DNA of 64,000 bases, from the IMG/VR virus record IMGVR_UViG_3300005611_000001, one strand, 5' to 3'. The notes below the pieces were generated by a model. The model was not told the origin of the DNA. It did no database searches and saw nothing but the letters and a program-made list of their open reading frames with translations. The stretch is from a virus (lineage: Duplodnaviria; Caudoviricetes). Of this stretch, positions 10,284 through 19,740 are shown piece after piece (within the stretch, counting starts at the first letter, position 1; every line of letters begins with the position of its first letter). The translations under genes and the position numbers were made by a program.

Positions 10284-10598
10284 ATGCCAACTATAAAAAT
10301 TTCTCAGTTAGACGAGTTTTCTGGAACACCAGATAGTTCTGATTTGCTTCCACTTGTAGATTTAAGTGAAACGCAAACTAAAAGAATCTCAATACGAGAT
10401 TTAGCCTCTTATATGGACAGCGCAGAAAACGCGACTAATGCAATTGTGGCTTTAAGAGCAGACACAACTGAAAATGCAATTTATGTTTCAGGAGACTCGT
10501 CTGGCATCTGGAGTGGTGATCCACCAGAAACTGTAAATGATGCAATTGATAGACTGGCTGCACTTATTCAATCTTTGAATGGTGGTACTGGCGCATAA
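10284..10598 (+). CDS. Small virion protein with KISQL N-terminal module
   Basis: N-terminus shared with 10636, 11344 and 12826. Confidence 0.65.
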   Translation: MPTIKISQLDEFSGTPDSSDLLPLVDLSETQTKRISIRDLASYMDSAENATNAIVALRADTTENAIYVSGDSSGIWSGDPPETVNDAIDRLAALIQSLNGGTGA

Positions 10599-10602
10599 TC
10601 AG

Positions 10603-10610
10603 TATAAATA
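10603..10610 (+). promoter_or_regulatory. T4-type late promoter
   Basis: Intergenic TATAAATA. Confidence 0.8.
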
Positions 10611-10635
10611 AAGAAAACTCTTTTGAGGAATTACG

Positions 10636-11340
10636 ATGGCTATAGCAGGCGTACCAATATCGACTCTTAGGGAACTTGTCATACCCGCGAGCGATGATTA
10701 TCTAGTCATTAATGACCAAAGCACTTTTACAACAAAAAGAATTACATTCGCTAATCTTTTTGCTGATTATGCTAGCAATCTTAGAGATTCTGCTACGGGT
10801 GCGTTCGTCGATAATTTTACAACTAACAGTCTTAACGTAAAAGGAAATGCGTCAGTTACGGGTGATGCTACGATCTTAGGCACAATCAATTTCGAAAATC
10901 TCTATGATGTTGTTGAAGGTATTACGATAAGTAAGTTTGTTGATGAAGCTGATGGTATTGCAAGTAATGATAATGATACTTCGATCCCAACATCAGCAGC
11001 AATAAAAGCATATGTTGACGGAGCTGTTTCTGACTATCGTGCAAAAGAAAACATCAAGCCATTTGGTGAGGCGTTAAAAAAACTAAATGGTATTAAAGCG
11101 TATGAGTACAACCTGATTGCAGAACCTGGCGTCACCGAAGTTGGTTTCATTGCACACGAACTACAAGAAAGATTGCCTACTTTAGTCAATGGCGAAAAAG
11201 ATGCAGTTTACGAAGGTGGTAAGCCGAAATATCAAACAGTGAATTACGCTAAAATGGTTCCCATTTTGTTCACCGCAATTCGTGAACTAGAAAAGCAAGT
11301 AAGAGACTTAAGAGATCAACTTGCAGAGATTAAAGGATAA
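10636..11340 (+). CDS. Short fibre with C-terminal intramolecular chaperone (peptidase S74) domain
   Basis: DYRAKENIK..ALKKL....YEY...GFIAHELQE..P.LV...VNYAKMVPIL..AIREL. Confidence 0.8.
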   Translation: MAIAGVPISTLRELVIPASDDYLVINDQSTFTTKRITFANLFADYASNLRDSATGAFVDNFTTNSLNVKGNASVTGDATILGTINFENLYDVVEGITISKFVDEADGIASNDNDTSIPTSAAIKAYVDGAVSDYRAKENIKPFGEALKKLNGIKAYEYNLIAEPGVTEVGFIAHELQERLPTLVNGEKDAVYEGGKPKYQTVNYAKMVPILFTAIRELEKQVRDLRDQLAEIKG

Positions 11341-11343
11341 ATC

Positions 11344-12798
11344 ATGGCTGGAGTAAAAATAACAGACTTAGATCAGCTGATTGGTCAACCTGCGGATGAT
11401 GATGTTCTTATTGTCGTAGACACAAGTGATAATGTCACAAAACAGATTACTGTTGCTGATCTTATTACTGCAACCGAAGATGCTACGACAGCACAGGTCG
11501 CTGATCAATTTAAAGTTGCCACAGAAAGTACGAATGCTTCTTTTTATGTTACCTTCGTAGCTTCTACTTCTGGGCAAGATTCAGCTAAAGTCGATACAGC
11601 TTTAAGTTATAATCCTGCTACGAATATTCTGACTGCTGGTCAGTTCACTGGAAGTGGTGCTGGGCTTACAAACGTAAATGCTGACAGCGCTCTGAATGCG
11701 GCTAATGCTGTCTTAGCGACCACTGCAATTACTGCTTTAAATGCTCTAGCAGCTGACAGTGCGACCACAGCAACTTCTTCTATTACTGCTTTGCGCGCCA
11801 CTTCTGCAGATAGTGCTACTAATGCCACGAACGCAATTGTTGCCCTTCGCGCGACAACTGCTGACAGTGCAGCAAATGCAACAAATGCATTGTTTGCAAC
11901 TACTGCCACTTCTGCTCTGACTGCTGACAGTGCCACTAACGCCACAAATGCCAATAATGCAATTAGAGCATTGACTGCTGCTGGTGCTGATAGTGCTGCG
12001 TTTGCTACTTCTGCTTTGACTGCTCAGACTGCGCAAATTTCTATTTTTTCTGACAGTGCAGGAAATGCAACCAATGCGCTTCATGCTTTAAATGCTGATG
12101 CTGCTTTGATTGCAGATAGTGCATTTAATGCTGCAAATGCTTTGCTCGCAACTCTTGCTATAGAATCTTTGGGCGATTTGGACAACATTAGAGATTCTGC
12201 TAATGGTGTAACAGCGACTGGTGATCTAACCGTTGATAGCGATCTTATCGTTCGCGGTGTTTTGTTCGGTGATGGTTCAGGTCTAACAGGTGTAACAAGT
12301 ACTTCTGTCGCAACTGCTGCAGAAAAAGTCGATGCGAAAGCTGCGGATTCGACCGGTACACACTATCTTATGTTGCGTACAACGCAAACTGGTTATGATA
12401 GTGTTTCAACTAAAGCTAATTTAACTTATGATCCTGTTACTGGTATTTTAGCGTCTGGTGGATTTTCTGGAGACGGGTCGAACATCAGCAACGTTGCTGC
12501 CGTTAGCGCAACAAATGCGTCAAACGTTGTAATTACAACAGTAGCAGACAGTTCGACATATTTCCCTTTGCTTTCAAGCACATCTTCTGGTAATGATAAT
12601 GTTCATGTTAGTGTGAATATGCAAGTCAATCCGTTTAGGGGAAGATTAAAGCTTAATATTTTTGCCACAGATAATTGGGAAATGTTTGAAAGCGCAAACG
12701 AACTATTCTTCTCATATAACGGAGTTAAGAAAGTTAAATTTGATTCGTCTGGCAATGTGTTCATGACAGGAACCCTTACTCAAAGCGCTTCGTTATAA
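11344..12798 (+). CDS. Tail fibre with Ala/Thr/Asn tripeptide repeats
   Basis: Repeated ADSA-TNA-TNA units; C-terminal LFFSYNGVKKVKFDSSGN fibre tip motif. Confidence 0.7.
   Translation: MAGVKITDLDQLIGQPADDDVLIVVDTSDNVTKQITVADLITATEDATTAQVADQFKVATESTNASFYVTFVASTSGQDSAKVDTALSYNPATNILTAGQFTGSGAGLTNVNADSALNAANAVLATTAITALNALAADSATTATSSITALRATSADSATNATNAIVALRATTADSAANATNALFATTATSALTADSATNATNANNAIRALTAAGADSAAFATSALTAQTAQISIFSDSAGNATNALHALNADAALIADSAFNAANALLATLAIESLGDLDNIRDSANGVTATGDLTVDSDLIVRGVLFGDGSGLTGVTSTSVATAAEKVDAKAADSTGTHYLMLRTTQTGYDSVSTKANLTYDPVTGILASGGFSGDGSNISNVAAVSATNASNVVITTVADSSTYFPLLSSTSSGNDNVHVSVNMQVNPFRGRLKLNIFATDNWEMFESANELFFSYNGVKKVKFDSSGNVFMTGTLTQSASL
11680..12150 (+). repeat. Degenerate coding repeat, DSA units spaced 18-24 aa
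   Basis: DSA spacings 24,18,18,21,21,21,21 aa, all multiples of 3. Confidence 0.8.
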
Positions 12799-12801
12799 AT
12801 A
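12794..12801 (+). promoter_or_regulatory. T4-type late promoter
   Basis: TATAAATA overlapping stop codon of 11344..12798. Confidence 0.75.
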
Positions 12802-12825
12802 TTGCTAGATTGCTGAGGAAACAAA

Positions 12826-13587
12826 ATGGCAGACATTAGAATTTCAGAGTTGTCCGAACTAATAAACATTGCGGCAGACGATGTTCTTGTCGTCAATGAT
12901 GTTTCGGCTGCGACGACGAAAAAAATCACTCGTGCAAACTTCTTAGTCGGTGTAACACAAAACGTTACGGACTCTGGCGATAATGCTGTTGTTGCTCAAG
13001 ATTTAACAGTAAACAATGATCTTTTCGTCGGTGGAAATATTGACACCACTGGTGATGTCAAGTTTGGTTCTTTAACAGATGCTGTTTCCGGTCTGACCGT
13101 AAATCGTATAATCAAAGATACCGATGGTTTGCAGAATCACGATAGCAACGGCGCTCTTCCTACTACTGGCTCTGTGATTGAATACTTAAATTATTACAAC
13201 ACTGACATTAATGTGCGCAATTCTTTTTCAGTGACTACGGCTTCACTTGCAAATAGTGATTCTGCAGAAGCGCTGATTGCTGGATACAAAGGCTACGCTC
13301 TGTACAAAATTCAAACAGACAAAGCTGCTTGGGTAAGAGTTTATACGGACTCGGCTTCAAGAACGGCTGATGAAGGAAGAGCTAAAGGAGTTACACCAGC
13401 AGACCACATAGGTCTTGTCTCTGAAGTTGTGACTTCTGGTGCGCAAACAATTAATCTTGCTCCAGCACCCGTTGGCTTTAATAATTCTTCACCTGTGAAA
13501 AGTTCGATCCCGCTTAAGATCGTGAATCTCAGCGGCTCTACGGACACTGTTCAAGTTACTCTTACGGCTATGAAGCTTGAAGGGTAA
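12826..13587 (+). CDS. Virion structural/fibre-associated protein
   Basis: RISEL N-terminal module; KGYALYKIQT..AAWVRVYTDSASR..D domain typical of marine T4-like virion proteins. Confidence 0.65.
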   Translation: MADIRISELSELINIAADDVLVVNDVSAATTKKITRANFLVGVTQNVTDSGDNAVVAQDLTVNNDLFVGGNIDTTGDVKFGSLTDAVSGLTVNRIIKDTDGLQNHDSNGALPTTGSVIEYLNYYNTDINVRNSFSVTTASLANSDSAEALIAGYKGYALYKIQTDKAAWVRVYTDSASRTADEGRAKGVTPADHIGLVSEVVTSGAQTINLAPAPVGFNNSSPVKSSIPLKIVNLSGSTDTVQVTLTAMKLEG

Positions 13588-13604
13588 AAAACAAGAAGAT
13601 TGTA

Positions 13605-16600
13605 ATGCATAAAGGCTTTCTCGACAAAAGAAGAAGATTCCTTAATCTGCGAGAAATGCAGATCGAAAATGTTTTGCCTGAACATTTTACACAGTCATAT
13701 CCAAAATTTATCAATCTTCTTTCTCGCTACTATGAGTGGCAAGATCAAAACAATCCTAATGAATTATTAAATCATCTTTTTGCGACTCGTGATATTAATG
13801 AAACTGATATCACGCTTCTCTCGTTTATTGAAGATGAGTTTCTTTTAGGCGAAGCATACTTCGAAGGCTTTGGTGACACCGAAGCAGAGAAAAGGGCTGC
13901 TGCAAATTTTTCAAATCAGATGTTTCGTTCAAAAGGCACAAAATTCGCAATCGAATGGTTTTTCAGATCATTCTATGGGCTAGACGCAGAAGTTCGTTAC
14001 ACAAAAGAAAATGTATTTACGCTCAACACACAGTCTTCTCAGATAGGACCAGATTCGCTACGCTATCTTACCAATGACGAACTATATCAGACATTTGCGC
14101 TTCTTGTTCGCGTAGGTGTTCCTATTGCAAAGTGGAGAGATATCTTTAAACTCTTTGCACATCCTGCGGGAATGTATCTCGGTGCTGAAGTTTCTATAAA
14201 TGATGCTGTGACTTCTGCCGTAAATTCTTTGATGCTTGATTCTGCAGTTGAACAAAGAGCCAACGAATCATATACAATTCTTGCAACGCCTGACAGCACA
14301 AACGAAGGCGCTATAATTAATTTTAAAGTTAACGGAACAAACATTCCTAACAATACTGGTTATATTTACTATCATGTTCTTGATCTCACTACAAGCGATT
14401 CAGATTTTGTGGGAACTGTTCCTCGATTAGACAGTTTGCAGTATCTTCCCATAAACGATAGTGCTGGTCAAGCGGTTGGAAGATTTACGATTACCACCAA
14501 GCTTGATAGTGTTGAAGGTGAAGGTGTTCATTCGTTTAATGTTATTTTGCGTGACGATGATTTGAGACCTCGAGGTGTTGAAAGAGTCAACTTAAACGAT
14601 GTTATTTCTTCGTATGTTATGACTCCTACGGCAACTACTATCGCTGAAGGTTCGCCTGTTACTTTTAATGTTGTGGGAACAAATGTCCCAAGCGGCGGTA
14701 GCACAACATTATATTATTATGTACAACACGTTACTACAAGTGATTCTGATTTTAAAGTTGCACCTCCAAGTGCTGCTGCGCCTGCTTCATTTTTTATTCG
14801 AGGAAGTACAGGGTCGTTTTCTATAACGCCTCAAATTGATAATGATCTTGTTGACAGTGACGAACAGTTTAAAGTAATTATTCAGACACTTGACGCTATC
14901 AAAAAAGATTCAGCAACAATTACAGTTTCACAGACCATTCCTCCCTTTGCTGTAAATGCAATTGATTCTGCGATTGAAGGCACGAGTATTGTTGCACCTC
15001 TTACAATTTCAGAACAAGATTTTGGCGACACTTTAACGTGGGCAATTACAGGCGCTGCAGCATCCGATAGTCGACTAGCTTTCAATACTTCAGGCACAAT
15101 TGTAGCGACTTCTGCAAGTCAAAATCTAGTAATACCTTTGGGCACTACTAAAGAATACACAGGTCCAGTTTCGGGAACCCTTACGGTCACAAATTCGAAC
15201 TATACTCCTACACCGTTAAGTACGAACAATACTTTCACGATTTTTGATTCTGCACCTACATATTCTATTCTTATGAATCCTGCAGTTGCTGGAGAAGGCG
15301 ACACCGTAACATTTAAACTAGCTGGCAGAAACATTCAAGACAGCACTTTTTATTTTTATATCGACAATGTAACAACTAACGATTTAGATTTTCTTGGTGG
15401 GCGACCAAAAAACACTAGCAGAGAAGCAGTCTCAGTTGTTAACGACTCTGGTACCACCAATTCAATCACTTTTGCTGACAGTGGTGAAGTTGTAGATCAA
15501 AATTTCATTGCTTACATGTATAATACAGTATCTGGTGGATCGGTGCTTGCGTCGAAGCAATTTACGATTGCGGGCATTACTTATACACTTACACCAAATA
15601 CGAGTTCTGTTAACGAAGGCGGTACAGTAACGTTTACGTTTATTGGTCCGGACGGAACTTATTATTACTGGCTTGAAGGGCAGCGGCTACCAGGACAGAC
15701 TCAGCTTTTCTCACAAGGCGATTTTACTAGTGGTTTTGCAAATATAAACAGTCGTTTGGCATTTAACGTAACCGGAGGCAGTGGATCTTTTTCAGTAACA
15801 CTCGCAAATGATATTCGATCAGAAGGTACAGAAGCTTTCATTGCAAGCGTGTCAACAAGCCCAACAAGCGGAGCTATAGCTGTTTCGCCACAGATTACAA
15901 TTAATGATACTTCTAAGCAAGAATATACGATGACGATTCAAAACATTCTTGAAGGTGACGATTTGCTTGTTAATGTAGCATCAAATGCAGGACCTTCAGA
16001 GCCTTTGTTTTATGAAATTTCTGGGGCGGCCGCGGCTAAATTCAGTTCAACACAAATTTATAGATTATACACTGGGGCTCAGACTTCTTTTAATGTAAAT
16101 CTTGGAACTTCGACAACAAACTCAGCTTTTGATGGTGTGTTATCTGGTACTGTAACACTGTCGCGTGGCGGTTATGTTGGAAGCGGCGGTACACTAATCG
16201 ACACCGCGAACTTTACTTTAAGCGATCTTGCTGCTACGTTTACGCTTGCTGCAAGCACAACTACACCAAACGAAGGCGGAACTATTACTTGGACTGTAGG
16301 CGGCTCAAGTATTGAAGACGGCACTTACTATTATAGAGTATCTGATGTTAAAAGAGCATCAGTATCTTCGGCTGTTTCATCCGGAACTTCTGTTATTAAT
16401 CTTGCAAGCACAGCTGGAATTACAGTTGGCATGGCATGCGATAACGCTTCAATATCTGGGACAGTCACAGGTGTTTGGGATACTCAAGTTACAATGAGTT
16501 CACCAGTCACATCTACGATAGGCGCAGGAACAATTTTGAATTTTGCAAATCAATCGGTGTTTGATGATTTTACAAGTGGCTATGCAGGATCAGTCAGTGT

Positions 16601-17687
16601 GACATCGAATGCAGGTGCTTTCAACACTGTCACTGCAATTAACGCAGACACTAAGAACGATGCGTATACGATGGGATTATACACCACATCAACTGGTGCT
16701 TCTCCTGTAGCGTCTGTAGGATTTACGACAACAGATGCAACTCCAGCTTCGATAGTTAATATTCTTATCGATGCTGGTAAAGACTTTGTTTACGATATTA
16801 ATCCTGATCCACCTGCGTATGATGCGGGCGTGGCAAGATCGATTATCAGATTTGAAAACGATGGTAAAGTATATGCTATTGGCAGCGAGAATCCAGGAGG
16901 AGGTGACCGCAGCAGTGGCGAGTTGATTGGCACTTGGGTGTCTAGTGGGCCCGTTGGTAACTTTAACATATCAGCACAGGTCGTTTCAGGACCTACACCA
17001 AAAGGCACGTTTATTGGTTCTACAGGAACGCAATTGTCTCTGTCGACGAACAGAGGCTGGTATCTTGAAGTGCCAGCGCCGACATCTGGTAGCAATGAAG
17101 GAACGTTAAGAGTTGACATTACAATTACAGACGTAGAAGATCCTTCGAACACAGACACACAACGCTTTGAGCTATATGCCGTTGCGAATGCTTTGCCTGT
17201 AACAGCACCTGTTGATCCGCCTCCTCCAGGCTCAAGTAGTCAGCTTGACGAAGACTGTTTTACAGAAAATTCTTTTGTCACGTTAACTGATGGAACTAGA
17301 AAAGAAATTCGATTAATTGAAGTTGGTGATAAAGTACTTGGTGCAGACAAGTCGATCAATGAAGTTACGCGCAATCATTCTATCGAAAAAACTTCTGCTC
17401 TGTATGGATGGGGCAGCACAGTACCGTTTGTGACTGGCGCTCATCCATTCTTAACAACACAAGGTTGGAAATGTTTTAATTTAGAAGCAGGGCGTAAACT
17501 ACATCCTGAGCTTGACCTGACAGAAATACAAGAAAACGATAAATTAATTGTTTGGAATGGAACAGAATATACGACTTCGACAGTTCAAAATATTGCCATT
17601 GAAATCAAAAACGTTAAAATCAATAGCTTGAGTGTGACGGGTAATGACACTTACATTGCGAATGGATTTGTTGTTCACAACAAATAA
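13605..17687 (+). CDS. Baseplate wedge subunit (gp7-like N-terminus) with Calx-beta/Ig-like repeats and C-terminal Hint domain
   Basis: ENVLPEHF...PKFINLL..YYEW, YRSKGT-like FRSKGT, HPAGMY; EG..VTF repeats; Hint CFT...HPF...VHNK at 17256-17684. Confidence 0.75.
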   Translation: MHKGFLDKRRRFLNLREMQIENVLPEHFTQSYPKFINLLSRYYEWQDQNNPNELLNHLFATRDINETDITLLSFIEDEFLLGEAYFEGFGDTEAEKRAAANFSNQMFRSKGTKFAIEWFFRSFYGLDAEVRYTKENVFTLNTQSSQIGPDSLRYLTNDELYQTFALLVRVGVPIAKWRDIFKLFAHPAGMYLGAEVSINDAVTSAVNSLMLDSAVEQRANESYTILATPDSTNEGAIINFKVNGTNIPNNTGYIYYHVLDLTTSDSDFVGTVPRLDSLQYLPINDSAGQAVGRFTITTKLDSVEGEGVHSFNVILRDDDLRPRGVERVNLNDVISSYVMTPTATTIAEGSPVTFNVVGTNVPSGGSTTLYYYVQHVTTSDSDFKVAPPSAAAPASFFIRGSTGSFSITPQIDNDLVDSDEQFKVIIQTLDAIKKDSATITVSQTIPPFAVNAIDSAIEGTSIVAPLTISEQDFGDTLTWAITGAAASDSRLAFNTSGTIVATSASQNLVIPLGTTKEYTGPVSGTLTVTNSNYTPTPLSTNNTFTIFDSAPTYSILMNPAVAGEGDTVTFKLAGRNIQDSTFYFYIDNVTTNDLDFLGGRPKNTSREAVSVVNDSGTTNSITFADSGEVVDQNFIAYMYNTVSGGSVLASKQFTIAGITYTLTPNTSSVNEGGTVTFTFIGPDGTYYYWLEGQRLPGQTQLFSQGDFTSGFANINSRLAFNVTGGSGSFSVTLANDIRSEGTEAFIASVSTSPTSGAIAVSPQITINDTSKQEYTMTIQNILEGDDLLVNVASNAGPSEPLFYEISGAAAAKFSSTQIYRLYTGAQTSFNVNLGTSTTNSAFDGVLSGTVTLSRGGYVGSGGTLIDTANFTLSDLAATFTLAASTTTPNEGGTITWTVGGSSIEDGTYYYRVSDVKRASVSSAVSSGTSVINLASTAGITVGMACDNASISGTVTGVWDTQVTMSSPVTSTIGAGTILNFANQSVFDDFTSGYAGSVSVTSNAGAFNTVTAINADTKNDAYTMGLYTTSTGASPVASVGFTTTDATPASIVNILIDAGKDFVYDINPDPPAYDAGVARSIIRFENDGKVYAIGSENPGGGDRSSGELIGTWVSSGPVGNFNISAQVVSGPTPKGTFIGSTGTQLSLSTNRGWYLEVPAPTSGSNEGTLRVDITITDVEDPSNTDTQRFELYAVANALPVTAPVDPPPPGSSSQLDEDCFTENSFVTLTDGTRKEIRLIEVGDKVLGADKSINEVTRNHSIEKTSALYGWGSTVPFVTGAHPFLTTQGWKCFNLEAGRKLHPELDLTEIQENDKLIVWNGTEYTTSTVQNIAIEIKNVKINSLSVTGNDTYIANGFVVHNK

Positions 17688-17694
17688 CGGTTAG

Positions 17695-17702
17695 TATAAA
17701 TA
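17695..17702 (+). promoter_or_regulatory. T4-type late promoter
   Basis: Intergenic TATAAATA before terminase genes. Confidence 0.8.
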
Positions 17703-17707
17703 ACAGT

Positions 17708-18064
17708 ATGAAAGATGATGATCCGAATATCAAGTCAGACTACGATTATTCCCGCGCAACCTATTACGAACTAATAGACAAGGGAAGAGAGTCACTTGAT
17801 CTGATGATTGAAGTCGCTCGCGAATCAGAACATCCTCGCGCGTTCGAAGTTCTTTCGAACATGATCAAAAACATCTCTGATGTTAATGATAAGCTTATGG
17901 AGCTTAACAAAAAGACGCGAGAAGTTACTCAACACGAAAAGAAACAAGACCAAAAGGCAATCACCAATAACAATGTGTTTATTGGCAGCACTACTGACTT
18001 GCAAAGATTATTAATGAAACATGATGATGAAAAGGTGATTGATGTTAGCCCTGCGGATGAATGA
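17708..18064 (+). CDS. gp16: Terminase small subunit
   Basis: DYDYSR...SEHPRAFEV...NNNVFIGSTTDLQ; precedes large terminase. Confidence 0.88.
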   Translation: MKDDDPNIKSDYDYSRATYYELIDKGRESLDLMIEVARESEHPRAFEVLSNMIKNISDVNDKLMELNKKTREVTQHEKKQDQKAITNNNVFIGSTTDLQRLLMKHDDEKVIDVSPADE

Positions 18065-19658
18065 TCAAAGACACTACTTAGGCAATATCAATGTAAAAGC
18101 GGACGGTGTTCAACAGCAATGGACTGAACACGAAGTTCGTGAGTATGCGAAGTGTATGCGTGATCCTGCATATTTTGCAAGAAATTATGTAAAGATTATA
18201 TCACTTGACAATGGTCTTGTCAATTTCAACTTGTATCCTTACCAAGAAAAGATGTTCGATCACTTCAACGGTAATCGATTCTCTATTGTTCTTGCTTGTC
18301 GTCAGTCTGGTAAATCTATCTCTTCTGTTGTCTATCTGCTTTGGTATGCAATCTTTCACCCCGAAAAAACTATCGCCGTGTTAGCAAACAAAGGTGCTAC
18401 TGCGAGGGAGATGCTTGCTCGTGTTACATTGGCTCTGGAAAACTTACCCTTCTTTTTGCAACCAGGTTGTAGGGCTCTTAACAAAGGTAGTATTGAGTTT
18501 TCAAATAATTCTCGGATTATTGCTGCTGCTACTTCTGGCAGTTCTATTCGTGGTATGTCTGTTAACTTACTATTTCTTGATGAGTTTGCTTTTGTTGAGC
18601 GAGCAAATGAGTTTTATACTTCGACGTATCCCGTTATATCGGCGGGTAGAGACACCAAAGTTATTATCACATCTACGGCGAACGGAATAGGTAATACTTT
18701 TCACAAGATTTGGGAAGGTGCGGTTCAGAAGACAAACGAATACAAAGCGTTTACAGTCAACTGGTGGGACGTACCTGGAAGAGACGAAGAGTGGAAGCGT
18801 CAAACAATCGCGAACACTTCACAAATGCAGTTTGACCAAGAGTTTGGTAACACCTTCTTTGGGACAGGCGATACTCTGATCAATGCAGAAACTCTGCTTG
18901 GTCTGAGAGCAAAACCACCTAAGAAAATTCTTGAAGGGGGTGATGTAAAAATCTACGAAGAGACCAAAGAGAAGCACGAATATCTCATGATGGTCGACGT
19001 AGCGAAAGGAAGAGGACAGGACTATTCGACATTTAATGTCATCGATATATCTGAGCGACCTTTTAAACAGGTAGCAGTGTATCGGAATAACCGTATCTCT
19101 CCAATACTCTTCCCTGATATTATCTATAAGTTTGCGAAAGTCTACAATAATGCATATGTGATCATTGAGTCAAACGATCAAGGTTCCGTAGTGTGTAATG
19201 GATTGTATTACGACCTTGAATATGAGAATGTTCACGTTGAGTCTGCTGTCAAAGCAAACGCAATTGGTATTGAAATGAATCGTAAAGTCAAGCGGCTTGG
19301 TTGCTCAGGTATTAAAGACTTACTTGAAGAACAGAAACTTGATATATGTGACGAGGAAACTATTCTAGAAGTCTCTACTTTCGTCTCGAAAGGGCAATCA
19401 TACGAAGCAAGTGATGGCAACCATGACGATCTGATGATGAATCTTGTCATGCTTGGTTATTTTGTCGCCACTCAAATGTTTGCAGATATGACAGACATCA
19501 ATCTAAAACAAATGATGTTTGAAAACCAAATGAGAGAAATTGAAGACGCAATCGTGCCTTTTGGTTTTGTTGATGACGGAAGCGATGCGATAAAAGAAAT
19601 TGAAGAGCAGGATAAAATGAAATACGATCCATGGCAAATATGGGAAGATGTGTACTGA
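18057..19658 (+). CDS. gp17: Terminase large subunit
   Basis: Walker A ACRQSGKS, Walker B LFLDEFAF, ITSTANG, nuclease MVDVAKGRGQDYS and HDDLMM. Confidence 0.97.
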   Translation: MNDQRHYLGNINVKADGVQQQWTEHEVREYAKCMRDPAYFARNYVKIISLDNGLVNFNLYPYQEKMFDHFNGNRFSIVLACRQSGKSISSVVYLLWYAIFHPEKTIAVLANKGATAREMLARVTLALENLPFFLQPGCRALNKGSIEFSNNSRIIAAATSGSSIRGMSVNLLFLDEFAFVERANEFYTSTYPVISAGRDTKVIITSTANGIGNTFHKIWEGAVQKTNEYKAFTVNWWDVPGRDEEWKRQTIANTSQMQFDQEFGNTFFGTGDTLINAETLLGLRAKPPKKILEGGDVKIYEETKEKHEYLMMVDVAKGRGQDYSTFNVIDISERPFKQVAVYRNNRISPILFPDIIYKFAKVYNNAYVIIESNDQGSVVCNGLYYDLEYENVHVESAVKANAIGIEMNRKVKRLGCSGIKDLLEEQKLDICDEETILEVSTFVSKGQSYEASDGNHDDLMMNLVMLGYFVATQMFADMTDINLKQMMFENQMREIEDAIVPFGFVDDGSDAIKEIEEQDKMKYDPWQIWEDVY

Positions 19659-19670
19659 AAACATACATTT

Positions 19671-19678
19671 TATAAATA
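19671..19678 (+). promoter_or_regulatory. T4-type late promoter
   Basis: Intergenic TATAAATA before tail sheath gene. Confidence 0.85.
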
Positions 19679-19740
19679 AATAATGTGAATCTTCCGTATT
19701 ATGTTCTCTTATCATATGTTAACGAAAAAAGGACACGACC

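Noticed and set aside
10262-10290. Readthrough or frameshift fusing gp15 to the 10284 ORF
   Set aside because: Frames differ, no slippery heptamer, and 10284 has its own AGGA RBS
11680-12150. CRISPR-like or DGR-like repeat array
   Set aside because: Repeats are degenerate, in-frame protein repeats with synonymous variation; no spacers, no reverse transcriptase
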